A DNA stretch of 64,000 nt, taken from positions 32,001 through 96,000 of IMG/VR virus record IMGVR_UViG_3300028601_000021. One strand, 5' to 3'. The stretch's first letter is position 1. Each line of letters starts with the position of its first letter. The stretch is from a virus. Its lineage: Duplodnaviria > Caudoviricetes. A program made the position numbers and the translations under genes. Under the pieces are notes generated by a model. That model did no database searches. It worked only from the letters and a program-made list of their open reading frames with translations, and was not told where the DNA came from. Below, piece by piece: positions 1 to 10,363 of this stretch.

Positions 1-700
1 GACTGCTCATGTCGGTAATAAGATCGATATGGATATGTACAATAAAGCTCCTAAGCAGCTGCAGTACATGAAAGGTAATGATAAGATGAAGAACGTCGGT
101 AGTGAATTTGAATTCCTCACTACTGCACTTATTCAGACTGCCGGTGTAGCTCCTCTTCATGCTAGTGATAAGAAATCCACTATGTTCCCTTTCATCCATA
201 GTACTTTGAATGAAGTCAATGAAGTCACTGGTGTGATGTTGCGTGGTAAGAACAATGCCAGCGGTGTAGCTGTACCTTACGTAGTATCTCAATACCAAGG
301 TATATTGAATGATGTCACTAATTTCTATCTTTGTAGAAAGAATGGTGACTTCGGTTTGAAAGCTAGTGGTCGTAGTGATTATACTCCTGTTATCGGAGAG
401 CACAAGTCTATCAATAGATTGAATCTTCGTGATCGCACCAGTAAAGAGAAAGAACTCTGTAGGGCATTGGAAATCATGGCCCATATCTGCTATATCCAGA
501 ACTACTGGAGCCTCTTTAATGTCGAAGAGTGGGTACGTACTCCCATCGAAACTGTAGGTGAGGTATTGTCCAATACCACCAACCCTACCGTATCTGACAT
601 CCTCAATAGTACAGGTGTTTGGGGATATGGTAAACAGGATAAGACTTACATGAGTGCCTTCGATGTACTGGAATTGGTATCTAAGATAAAGAAGAAATAA
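1..700 (+). CDS. uvsX: UvsX/RecA-like recombinase of phiKZ-like phages, C-terminal part (gene starts before the window)
   Basis: The frame is open from the window start (TAHVGNKIDMD..). VSQYQGIL..FG..RALEI resembles the phiKZ-type UvsX C-terminus (recalled, not searched). Confidence 0.65.
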   Translation, partial: TAHVGNKIDMDMYNKAPKQLQYMKGNDKMKNVGSEFEFLTTALIQTAGVAPLHASDKKSTMFPFIHSTLNEVNEVTGVMLRGKNNASGVAVPYVVSQYQGILNDVTNFYLCRKNGDFGLKASGRSDYTPVIGEHKSINRLNLRDRTSKEKELCRALEIMAHICYIQNYWSLFNVEEWVRTPIETVGEVLSNTTNPTVSDILNSTGVWGYGKQDKTYMSAFDVLELVSKIKKK

Positions 701-715
701 ATAGCGTATATAACT

Positions 716-749
716 CTCTAGAGATACCCAGAAATGGGTATCTCTAGAG
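716..749. terminator. 15-bp inverted repeat with GAAA loop between convergent genes
   Basis: CTCTAGAGATACCCA-gaaa-TGGGTATCTCTAGAG. Confidence 0.75.
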
Positions 750-774
750 CACATGCTATAATGTAGGGATAATC

Positions 775-1245
775 TTATGGTTTTATATAGCTGGGATAGA
801 TACAGTTAGTGTCTTTAATGAACCCTGCTCTTTCCAATACATGGATAGAGAATTCATCAGGATACTGAGCTTCCCAAACTATCCTTTTAGCTTTCACACC
901 GATGAGTAATTTCATGCAATTGATACAAGGTGAACAGGTGCAGTACAAAGTACATCCGGCCATACTGACACCATGGATAGCTGACTGAAGAATAGTGTTA
1001 GCTTCAGCGTGAAGAGCATAACACTTATCCAACATTTCCCCACTGGGTATAGAAAGCTTAGTACGAATACAGCTTTCTTTATCACAATGTTCCATACCGC
1101 TAGGTGCACCATTGTAACCAGTAGCTAGGACTCTTCCGTCTTTTACAGCTACAGCACCTACCTGTCTACGGATACAAGTGGAGCGCATCTTGGCCAGATT
1201 AGCCATATTCATGAAATACTCGTCGAAAGACATACGTTTTTGCAT
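775..1245 (-). CDS. dCMP deaminase (ComEB/T4 cd family)
   Basis: RSTCIRRQVGAV, TGYNG, HAEAN and SPCINC zinc motifs; GAGG RBS before ATG at 1245. Confidence 0.92.
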   Translation of the reverse strand: MQKRMSFDEYFMNMANLAKMRSTCIRRQVGAVAVKDGRVLATGYNGAPSGMEHCDKESCIRTKLSIPSGEMLDKCYALHAEANTILQSAIHGVSMAGCTLYCTCSPCINCMKLLIGVKAKRIVWEAQYPDEFSIHVLERAGFIKDTNCIYPSYIKP

Positions 1246-1330
1246 AAATACCTCTATATACAAATGATTAAAAAGTATATAGTAGTTTGAAAAGATAAAT
1301 ATTTAAGTATCACCTAAGGAGTGGCTGGAT

Positions 1331-2344
1331 ATGCCCATAGATGATTATAATGCCAATCAAGGTAGAGTAGAGGGGTGGCAGCATATCACCACCACAGGTG
1401 GTCATGCTCAGATAACAGAAACCTTTATCAATGACGTAGCTGGGATATTAGAGAACTTAACTACTACTGGTAATATCGGTAGGTTCTTTGCTATCCAAGA
1501 AATGTTAATGGATCACATCTCTGATAAAGAACATGCTCCTCATGGATTCAATATCTCTTATTTTAAAGATGAGTTAATTCGTGAGTTGTATAAGGCTTAT
1601 AAGTTAAATGGTGGAGCTGGTGATATAGTCGATATGTATAAAGCTATCTTTCAAGCTATACCTATCGTCACTCATGCAGAAGCAGTGAAAGGTGAAGAAG
1701 ATACTAAAGCCGTCAATGCTCCTAAATTCCAATTACTGTTTAGAAAACATAGTAAGGATTTCGAGAGCCATTATGGTGCTTTAAAGTCTTTTATGTCCGA
1801 TGCTGCCTTTAACCACACACCTACTATTTCTTTATTATCCAGATATATCGACAATGAGTTCTATCAAGAGTATTTCCAACCTGATGGTACTTTTATCTAT
1901 ATGGTAAAGGAACAAGAATGGAATCCTTTTGCTGGTACAATCGTAGTAGCTTTTACTCATGTAGAAGTCACTACTAAGCAGATATTAATTGATATGCGTG
2001 GTGGCACTAAACGCTATCGCGTATATATCGATACCGACAACCACCTTTACGTAAGTAGAGTAGGTTTTGGTGAAGCTTTAGAAACAGTGATCTTTGATTT
2101 TCCTTTAGAGTTACCTACTGGTGGTAATAAGAAATTAGTCATAGCTTATAATCGTAATAAGATCATGGCTCGATACTCTATCGGAGATATGTTGTCTATG
2201 GTTACCAAGGCTGATATAAATGCGACTATCGTACATATACCAGCACCATTTCATGCCACTGAAGGTAAATGTAGGATAAGAGAATTTATCTACTACCCTG
2301 TCTGTGCTGAAAGTGAAGATGAAATGATCTTTTTATTAAATTAA
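1331..2344 (+). CDS. putative virion structural protein, paralog of the next gene
   Basis: AAGGAG RBS. The N-terminal H..D...PH / LY..Y...G..G....K..FQ block is shared with 2361-4091; beta-rich LamG-like C-terminus. Confidence 0.55.
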   Translation: MPIDDYNANQGRVEGWQHITTTGGHAQITETFINDVAGILENLTTTGNIGRFFAIQEMLMDHISDKEHAPHGFNISYFKDELIRELYKAYKLNGGAGDIVDMYKAIFQAIPIVTHAEAVKGEEDTKAVNAPKFQLLFRKHSKDFESHYGALKSFMSDAAFNHTPTISLLSRYIDNEFYQEYFQPDGTFIYMVKEQEWNPFAGTIVVAFTHVEVTTKQILIDMRGGTKRYRVYIDTDNHLYVSRVGFGEALETVIFDFPLELPTGGNKKLVIAYNRNKIMARYSIGDMLSMVTKADINATIVHIPAPFHATEGKCRIREFIYYPVCAESEDEMIFLLN

Positions 2345-2360
2345 TAGGGGAAATACGAAT

Positions 2361-4091
2361 ATGATTTCCAGACAACAAGAATCCAGAGATATAGATCCTG
2401 GTGAAGTAGTCACTGCTATAATGTCTGGTTGGGGTGGTGGTTACCATACTAGTTCTAATACCCCAGAAGGACGTAAACCAGTACCACTCTCTGCTGCTGA
2501 GATTATCAATAGATTACGTGAATTAGAAGCTCTCTGTAACAAATCAGTAGTAGACTTTCTTACACGTACAGTAGCTAACCATGTAAGGGATAATAAGAAT
2601 CCTCATAATACAGATCTTACTCAGTTTAATACTGAGATCATGCATCTGTTATATGAGTTATATTTGGAACAAGGAAATACTGGTACCTTTGAATTCTTCT
2701 ATAAGGAATTATTCCAGGTATTTCAGATAGCTGGTATCACTGATTTACGTGACGGTATGGATGAGACCATGTTGGCTACTATCGCTGTAGTCAAGAAATA
2801 CATCAGTGAGCACAACCGTAGTCTATCGGCCCATAGTGCATTATTCGAGAGATTAATTCCTGGAGTTCCGGTACTTGCAGACCCTACTTTTTCTATGTCT
2901 GCTAATTTCCAGTTTCCGGCATTGTATCAATCTCCTTTATTGGATAGATGGAATTACATAGGTAGAGATGGATTCTTGTATGAGAATACCAACAATACCT
3001 TACCTATCGATTATACCTTTGGTGAACCGATGGTACCTATCTTTGAAGATAGAGAGAACTTGTGTATCTTTAGTAATGATTTATCAAGAGCTAGCTGGGT
3101 ACGCAATAAGCTTTTAATCGGTAGTACCAATGGTTTCTCTTTAGATAAGTTAAATCGTGGTACCACTGTAGTGGAAACTACGGATTATAGTACCCACGAA
3201 CATAAAGCCGTATTAAAAGATCTTGAGATAGAAGAAGATACTACTTACACAGCTAGTGTGGTATTTCTACCTGAAGAAGCTAAGTACTTTGCTATTCGTG
3301 TCAAAGGTACTACTTTCAGTCCTACTGATATAGCTTATTTTAATGTAGAAAAAGGTACTGGTATCGTAGGTAGTACCGATGGTAGATTTAAAGCCGATAT
3401 CGTAAAGTTACACAGTGGTGCTTGTCGTATGAGTATCACTTGGCGTAATACCAATAGTACTCTTACTGATATCGAATTTATACCTTATATCGATAGTGGT
3501 GAAGGTATGTCTTATCGTGGTAGAGGTAGAGTATTGGGTACTATCTCTGGTGTGCAGGTAGAAAAGGGAGATGGGATGTCTCCTATCATCCACACTAGTG
3601 GAGTAAAGACACTTAGACGTGGTGTAGCCATTAGTGTACCTCTCGATAGTCGATTCGATATGGACAAAGGTACTATCGTAATCGAATATAGAGCTCCTTT
3701 ACCTTTTGATGACGATCACATTAATACTCTTTACGCTATCAGAGATACTGAAGGTAAGATGGTTTGTTCTGCTGAGTATAGAGAACCTTCTGCTTTGATG
3801 TTTTCTTTGTTTGATGTATTCGGTAGTATGATTTGGGATTACCCATTAGAGAATGGAACTACTCGTAGACGTACTGTGGTGCAGATGTATAGTGATCTGA
3901 CACAGATAGTAGCTGCTACAGGTATAGTACCGAAATCTACTAATACTATCGGTGTACGATTTAAGGCAGGAAATGTCCTGGATATCGGTCATAATAATGG
4001 GCTGAATTATCTGAATGGATACGTATCAAAGGTATGGTACTACCCCACTGAATTGACTGCTAATAACGTAGCATTCTTAGCTGGAGAATAA
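2361..4091 (+). CDS. putative virion fibre/decoration protein with carbohydrate-binding/LamG-like domains
   Basis: HVRDNKNPH motif; RENLCIFSNDLSRASW and QVEKG..SP.I.T blocks; IG....YLNG.V..V.YYP..LT ending typical of phage fibre LamG-like domains. Confidence 0.6.
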   Translation: MISRQQESRDIDPGEVVTAIMSGWGGGYHTSSNTPEGRKPVPLSAAEIINRLRELEALCNKSVVDFLTRTVANHVRDNKNPHNTDLTQFNTEIMHLLYELYLEQGNTGTFEFFYKELFQVFQIAGITDLRDGMDETMLATIAVVKKYISEHNRSLSAHSALFERLIPGVPVLADPTFSMSANFQFPALYQSPLLDRWNYIGRDGFLYENTNNTLPIDYTFGEPMVPIFEDRENLCIFSNDLSRASWVRNKLLIGSTNGFSLDKLNRGTTVVETTDYSTHEHKAVLKDLEIEEDTTYTASVVFLPEEAKYFAIRVKGTTFSPTDIAYFNVEKGTGIVGSTDGRFKADIVKLHSGACRMSITWRNTNSTLTDIEFIPYIDSGEGMSYRGRGRVLGTISGVQVEKGDGMSPIIHTSGVKTLRRGVAISVPLDSRFDMDKGTIVIEYRAPLPFDDDHINTLYAIRDTEGKMVCSAEYREPSALMFSLFDVFGSMIWDYPLENGTTRRRTVVQMYSDLTQIVAATGIVPKSTNTIGVRFKAGNVLDIGHNNGLNYLNGYVSKVWYYPTELTANNVAFLAGE

Positions 4092-4102
4092 CGGAGACTA
4101 TT

Positions 4103-5296
4103 ATGGATATGGTGTATAAACATATCAGTACTGTTACTATCTCCAGTACTGAATGGGTAGCTTTAGGTACCTCTGATATTAGCTGGAACTTATCCAGTAT
4201 CGGTGGTGTACCTATTCAGATAGTAGAATTACCAGCTGACACTACTCCCACTGCGGAGACTAAATGTATGTTCACCTTAGGTGGACTTATCAATAACCTA
4301 GTCAGTAAGATAGGTAAACAGCTGTGGGCTAAGGTCGCTGAAGGTGAAGGAACTGTTACTTATTTTGATAATAGCTTGGATGGCTTCGAGCCTATCACTG
4401 AGCTTCGTGCTTCTATCATAGGTTTGAATAAAGAAGTGATTAAGCTTACCACTAGAGCTACTAGACTTGAACTGGACAATAACAGTAATAAGTCTAGATT
4501 GACTTCGGTGGAGAAAGCTGTCGCTAGTATCCAGGGTATCGTAGGTAACGTCATAGCTGATCTGGTAAGTATCCGAGTAGATACCACTATCACCAGATTG
4601 AATATGAAGAATGACTTACGTAGTGATCTCAATAAATTTGAGATTGATATGCTCAATAAGTTACGTACCTACTTTAATCAGTATGAAGATGATGTAGTTA
4701 CTTTAGATCGTACTGTAGCTACTTTATCCACTGCTATGAATGCAATGGTTAACGCACCTAATGAGAATGTAATTTTGATGTCCTATGCTAGTATGTTGGT
4801 GGGATGTCAGGATAGTGCTGCGTTGGTGACATTGTTGAATACTATTAAAGATATGTCCCTGTTTATCTTGGCTGCTAAGAATCAGGAACTCGTTATCTCT
4901 AATATCCATCACGACATCGCACTCAATACTGCGGATATCAATATCCTGAAAGAAGAGTTGGGTATCGGTGAAGGTTACTGGTCGTATACCGAAACTACAG
5001 GTAGAATAGCTTTGTATTGGGATTCTATGACTAAGATCTCTGAAGCTACTACTGAAGAAGAAGTAGCTACTGTATACGACGATATTATCAACGATCCTGA
5101 ATTCGATCCTACTATGACTCCTGTCATTACTGTACTTAGAGATATGATGACTTTTATCATACAGTCTAATACTGTAAATGCTGCTCAGGATGAACAAATA
5201 GATGAAATTGAGGACTATATTGATAATCCTGTAGTCGGTGCTGGATTAAATAGTGATGATCTATTCAATCTCCTCGGTACTCCTGAAGAAAGTTAA
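4103..5296 (+). CDS. coiled-coil protein, probably structural
   Basis: 397-aa ORF with GGAG RBS and heptad-rich centre, in an operon with structural genes. Confidence 0.5.
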   Translation: MDMVYKHISTVTISSTEWVALGTSDISWNLSSIGGVPIQIVELPADTTPTAETKCMFTLGGLINNLVSKIGKQLWAKVAEGEGTVTYFDNSLDGFEPITELRASIIGLNKEVIKLTTRATRLELDNNSNKSRLTSVEKAVASIQGIVGNVIADLVSIRVDTTITRLNMKNDLRSDLNKFEIDMLNKLRTYFNQYEDDVVTLDRTVATLSTAMNAMVNAPNENVILMSYASMLVGCQDSAALVTLLNTIKDMSLFILAAKNQELVISNIHHDIALNTADINILKEELGIGEGYWSYTETTGRIALYWDSMTKISEATTEEEVATVYDDIINDPEFDPTMTPVITVLRDMMTFIIQSNTVNAAQDEQIDEIEDYIDNPVVGAGLNSDDLFNLLGTPEES

Positions 5297-5307
5297 GTTT
5301 ATATCGT

Positions 5308-5348
5308 ATATACTACCGTAGTACCAATTAGGTACTACGGTAGTATAT
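5308..5348. terminator. 18-bp inverted repeat, near-identical to 13188-13232
   Basis: ATATACTACCGTAGTACC-aatta-GGTACTACGGTAGTATAT between convergent genes. Confidence 0.75.
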
Positions 5349-5356
5349 GTGTATCT

Positions 5357-6301
5357 TTATTTCACTGCACTAGTAAGAGACTTCACGACCAATAAGTAGT
5401 TGTGTTCGGTACGATGTAAGTCCTGTACACAACTAGCATGGATAGAAATGATAGTAGCCAGTACCCTAGCGGTATCCGCTAAATACTTTAAACTAAATCT
5501 ATCGATGGAGATATCTTTTTGATTTTCTAAAGCACTTTGAATCTTATCAAAGTTATCTTCGACGTCTTTGATGTAGCTATGCACCTTACTTAATTCGATA
5601 TAGTACTTCTCCATCTCTAGTAGCTTATCGCCGCTATTCTTAAACTCTTCCATAGACATGAATAGAGTAGAGAACTTTGCATCACCTGTACGTTGATCCG
5701 TATAGACTTTACCTACGTTCTCGTATTCTATCTTAATACGTTTAAGTTCTTGATTACTTAAGTTTAAGTTATCCGGAGCTACGACCTTTACTACTTTCTT
5801 ATTAGTATGTAATTCTTTTAATAACCTACCAGAAAAGTGGGTCATACCCCTAGCCTTGCTCAGGATATTTACGACTAATAAGCAAGAGTTTAATGCCCGT
5901 ATACCGTCCTTATAAGTGCCCTTAAGACCTCTTGGGAAAGGAACTAAGATATTCTTCACTTCACTATATTTCAATCTCATCACTCTACCATAGGTAAAGA
6001 CATTAGATTCATTATAGTAACGTAATTCACTTCTTTTGAAATCTCTATAAGATACAAATAAAGTACGAAAGTTATAGAGGACGTGAGAAATGATATTACC
6101 GATACCATAGATGGTATTCTTAGTAAGAGTGATAAGTCCCTCATTACCAGCTAAATATCTTTCATCACATAGAAGTAGACCTAATCTATCACTATATTCT
6201 TTAGCACTAGAAGCCAATACATCTAAAGGTATATGGATAGGATCTTCTTCATTAAATAAAGGAATTTCTAAAATACTATTATGTAAATTTAATAGGGACA
6301 T
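5357..6301 (-). CDS. putative internal head protein
   Basis: Acidic N-terminal segment ending in AGNE (phiKZ-type S/A/G-X-E protease site), then a basic helical domain. Confidence 0.5.
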   Translation of the reverse strand: MSLLNLHNSILEIPLFNEEDPIHIPLDVLASSAKEYSDRLGLLLCDERYLAGNEGLITLTKNTIYGIGNIISHVLYNFRTLFVSYRDFKRSELRYYNESNVFTYGRVMRLKYSEVKNILVPFPRGLKGTYKDGIRALNSCLLVVNILSKARGMTHFSGRLLKELHTNKKVVKVVAPDNLNLSNQELKRIKIEYENVGKVYTDQRTGDAKFSTLFMSMEEFKNSGDKLLEMEKYYIELSKVHSYIKDVEDNFDKIQSALENQKDISIDRFSLKYLADTARVLATIISIHASCVQDLHRTEHNYLLVVKSLTSAVK

Positions 6302-6421
6302 ATATACACTTCTCCTTACCGTACGTATATGAATATTTTACCGTAGTCTTACTATATGGTGGTATAGACTAATAGTATTACTACCGCATCTCTACGGTAG
6401 TAATACTATTAAGTAGTTTAT

Positions 6422-7471
6422 CTATCCTACGAATCCATATAAATGATATTTACTTAGGAGTGCAGAATTACCCTTAGCTGTATCTTGAGCTTTCAAGATA
6501 TGCTTAAGTTTCTGTAATCCAGAGTTATACCAGGGGTCCATATCCGGTAACCAGAAGTTCTTAAGTTTAGTAGGATCAAGATAAAGAGTCTTTATTTCAA
6601 TAACATCATTATTGAACTCTTTAAATACCTTGACTTGTTTGCTATCCCTTTTCACTAATCTACCACTAATACATATACAATCAGGTCCTTTGTTCTCGAT
6701 AGAAATCAATAACCCAGGGCGTACATTAAATCTATTACGGAGATAATGAGCATCCTTTCTAAGTGCCTCATAAAAAGCACTAATGTTCAACATAGGTTTA
6801 TGCGATATATCCTGATTGAGATTTTGTAAAATATCCACATCGCTATCTTTCAATACTACTTTATGCCAGTGTTTAATCAACAGAGGATACATGGCCATAT
6901 AGTCAGTGACTTTAGGGAGTACGATAGTAGCAGGGTGTGCCCAAGTATGCGTATCTCTCACGTATTCATCAGCTGCATCTGCGTCTGCTTCGATATCGAT
7001 GAGATAAGGCTTAATCTGATCCTTGACAGGATAGGTAGAGATATGTACTAATGAAAGAGATACGTAGTTTTTCTTTTTCTCTTCGTCATATTCGAACTCA
7101 TGTACTCTAAACATACCCACCACATAAGGATTACCATCTCCATAAATAGCACCTAAGATATGGAATCCAGGATGAATAGCGATCATAGCCTGATTGTGAT
7201 TATACTTATTACCAGGTTTAGCTACAACAATAGGAATACGAGTATGCATTCTATCATCCAAAATAGCGATACAGCAACCTTCTTTACCTACGCTACCGCC
7301 ACATTCCCACAAACTAAGAGTACTAGAATATCTATCCAGAGATACTTCTAATTTTAAAAGTACACTTCTGTCTTCTGCTTCTTTAAGGATATCATGCTCT
7401 GTGTTTGCGAATTCCAAAAGGAAAGAAGACATCCTACGAAGATTATTGTTTTTCTGAGATTTAAGAGCCAT
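6422..7471 (-). CDS. hypothetical protein
   Basis: 349-aa ORF with AGGAG RBS. Confidence 0.6.
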   Translation of the reverse strand: MALKSQKNNNLRRMSSFLLEFANTEHDILKEAEDRSVLLKLEVSLDRYSSTLSLWECGGSVGKEGCCIAILDDRMHTRIPIVVAKPGNKYNHNQAMIAIHPGFHILGAIYGDGNPYVVGMFRVHEFEYDEEKKKNYVSLSLVHISTYPVKDQIKPYLIDIEADADAADEYVRDTHTWAHPATIVLPKVTDYMAMYPLLIKHWHKVVLKDSDVDILQNLNQDISHKPMLNISAFYEALRKDAHYLRNRFNVRPGLLISIENKGPDCICISGRLVKRDSKQVKVFKEFNNDVIEIKTLYLDPTKLKNFWLPDMDPWYNSGLQKLKHILKAQDTAKGNSALLSKYHLYGFVG

Positions 7472-7607
7472 GGTCCTAGTACTCCTTTGTATAGGTCTTT
7501 ATTTCCCTATATGTATATCACCTAAACATAATTAAATAAACGATACAGAGGAGCCACCGAGGACTCCTCTGTATCGATATAGAGTCTAAGATAATAGCTA
7601 AGATTAG

Positions 7608-10229
7608 TTACCAATTACGCATAACGTCTAATACAAACCTATGTTCTGTATAAGTACGTACTTTGATGTATCTAGAAGATATCTCTTCCACTACAGCTGT
7701 AGGAGCTTCAGTATAATCTTCCCCACCTAGATACACTACACGGAAATTGATAGTCAATTCCTTAGTATTAAAAGGATTTGGTATATAGTACTCTTTAAAT
7801 CTAGTACAGGGTAAGAGATCATTCATACTTAAAGTACAATGTTTACCCAATACTTGATTCTCTACTACATATCCAAATCTCTGATCAGCACCAGTATTCA
7901 TTTCGATATACTTAGCTATACCTAAATAAACACGCTTTACAGGTTTATCTAAATGATACATGGTATTTAACGGAATAGAATAAAAGTCTTCTACTACAAA
8001 AGGTTTATAGTTGGTAAGACCGATACCTACATCCCCAGTGGTACGCATACACAAACGTAACTGTAAGATATTGTATTTCTCATCAAACTTCTTGTAATAA
8101 GAAGTACCAGTCAACCCATAAGGAGAGACTATATCCTTATTGACAGTTACACTATCCAATACCATATTTACTATAGTCAAATCATCATCTAAAGCAGTAA
8201 TTTCCAACGACCAACTAGTGGGCATGACACCACGAACTAAATCACTCCATTCTAACTTATATCCAGCTATGGAAATAGGCTTAAGGAAATTATGTTCGAT
8301 ATCGATGCGCTTCACACCATCGTCGCTACGATAATCACTATTAGCCACACTACTGAATACCTGCAATAAAGCATCTTTATTATTCACACCTACCATCTGG
8401 ATATCACCAAAGATAGGGTGCGTATAAGCTCCATTTGCGCTTTTATTTAAGGTATTGAATTTATCCCTAAATAAGTCAGTACCTAAACACACATTACCAT
8501 ATTCAGGTGGTATGTATGTATATCCGAATACGGGACTACCACTACCCATATCCATATAAATATGAAGGGGTAGATCTTTGATGTATTCGGTAGGTAATAC
8601 ATTAGCTTGTGATGCCAATATCGCATATACCTGAGTACTACTGTGGTTCGGTATAGATACCTTAAAAGGCATATCTGTAATACCGATACCATAAGCAGGT
8701 ACATCAGCAAAGATAGGCTCAAATCTAATACCCCAGGTGGTAATAGTCTCAGGTAACTCCACATTCATGACGTGAATAGATAATGTCTTGCAGTACACTG
8801 GTTGAGTAAAAGTAAAGACATACATATACTCTTCTACTCTAGCAGTGGCGTGATGAATAAATAAATTTAAATCAGTGTATAGATCCCAATCTATAGGCTT
8901 ACCAAGACCTAGCGGAGCATATATCTTGTATCCAGCCAATGCTCTAGTAGTATGGAACTGATAATGAATGTATACATCAGGTACTTCAAATATAGCAAAG
9001 TCATCTACAGATATAGACATAAACTTAGATAAACTATTTCCGTCTACGGTATCTACACTGGCACTAACTAAACCATTGTCAGCATCATAAGCATAACCAC
9101 TATCGTGATACAGAATAGAAGGTTTCAATAATTGCACTGGTGCTTGGATATTCTCTTCAGTGAATTCATTAGGTACTACACCCAATTCACCATCGAGAAT
9201 CAATAAAGGATCTACATCGGGTATCCTGTTGATCCGATCTTCTAACCTAGCTTCAATGATGGTTTCTGCATTTTCACCAGTGACATATTCATCATGAGTA
9301 TGTACTACTGGAGCAGCACCGATAGATAAAGGATCGTGAGTATGATTAGCAGGTGCTAAGTTCAACTCACCTGCAGTATGACTATGTTGGCTCCATGCCG
9401 CATCCACTTGTCTATAAGTTACACCATGGGGATTTTCACGATCTTCGATATGACCATTGATACCTAAAATAGTAGAAGTCATGATATCGGTAAATTTAGT
9501 ATCTAGATCATCCAATAAAGCTTGTACGTATACCTTAGTAGTGTAACCACCACCATCGATATTAGCGATAGCTTGAATCTTATCATTTAGATACTGATAG
9601 AACCTTTCTCTGATCCTATGTACACCAAGATAACTAATTCTAGCTAAAGAACTAACGCTATGATTCCAAGGTATGATCTTAAAAGTAGCTGATTGGCTAT
9701 TGGGTACGTCTATTTCAATAAAATAAGTACCCGGAACAGTAAATACTTCTAAGATGTTTTCATCTTTATCGATCAACCTAAATTCACATTCGGATAAGCT
9801 ATCAATGACTATCTTTAAAAGGTAATGATCATTTCCAGGAAAAGCTATAGAAGGAATCTTCAACCAATCATATCCATCAGGATCAGCTGCGGCTCCATCA
9901 AAAGTAGCTGTTTTATTTACTAAATGGAATCCACCATTTACAGTCCATTCTGCTTCCGGTTCCAATAAAGGAGAAACAGTAGGTTCAGTAATGACTGATT
10001 TATCAGTAAATGCATTGTCTGTTGGGTCAATTGCAGTAATCTTATCTTGTAGATCTTTAGCTACTACAAACAAAGCTCTAGCGGTAGATAACTTATCAGG
10101 AGCATTCTCCAATTCGTTAGATATACCAATAGCCTGAGCATCACCCAACTGAAGTACGCTTGAAATTAATTTACGTATATTCAGTTTGTCTTTATCTAGA
10201 CCTGAATCTATCGGAGTATTACCGCTCAT
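7608..10229 (-). CDS. putative tail/baseplate-associated structural protein
   Basis: HIEDRENPHGVT and repeated A..HTH tail-fibre motifs; beta-sandwich/discoidin-like segments (GYK......P..W.L). Confidence 0.6.
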   Translation of the reverse strand: MSGNTPIDSGLDKDKLNIRKLISSVLQLGDAQAIGISNELENAPDKLSTARALFVVAKDLQDKITAIDPTDNAFTDKSVITEPTVSPLLEPEAEWTVNGGFHLVNKTATFDGAAADPDGYDWLKIPSIAFPGNDHYLLKIVIDSLSECEFRLIDKDENILEVFTVPGTYFIEIDVPNSQSATFKIIPWNHSVSSLARISYLGVHRIRERFYQYLNDKIQAIANIDGGGYTTKVYVQALLDDLDTKFTDIMTSTILGINGHIEDRENPHGVTYRQVDAAWSQHSHTAGELNLAPANHTHDPLSIGAAPVVHTHDEYVTGENAETIIEARLEDRINRIPDVDPLLILDGELGVVPNEFTEENIQAPVQLLKPSILYHDSGYAYDADNGLVSASVDTVDGNSLSKFMSISVDDFAIFEVPDVYIHYQFHTTRALAGYKIYAPLGLGKPIDWDLYTDLNLFIHHATARVEEYMYVFTFTQPVYCKTLSIHVMNVELPETITTWGIRFEPIFADVPAYGIGITDMPFKVSIPNHSSTQVYAILASQANVLPTEYIKDLPLHIYMDMGSGSPVFGYTYIPPEYGNVCLGTDLFRDKFNTLNKSANGAYTHPIFGDIQMVGVNNKDALLQVFSSVANSDYRSDDGVKRIDIEHNFLKPISIAGYKLEWSDLVRGVMPTSWSLEITALDDDLTIVNMVLDSVTVNKDIVSPYGLTGTSYYKKFDEKYNILQLRLCMRTTGDVGIGLTNYKPFVVEDFYSIPLNTMYHLDKPVKRVYLGIAKYIEMNTGADQRFGYVVENQVLGKHCTLSMNDLLPCTRFKEYYIPNPFNTKELTINFRVVYLGGEDYTEAPTAVVEEISSRYIKVRTYTEHRFVLDVMRNW

Positions 10230-10363
10230 AACTTACCTCTATTTAAATAATTATGTTTATAGTCCTAGACCATACCATCGTCGGGGTATGTAGTTACGAC
10301 AAAAAATAATAGCTGTAATAGAAAAGCCCACTATAGCTACACTGTAGCTATAGTGGGTACTCC

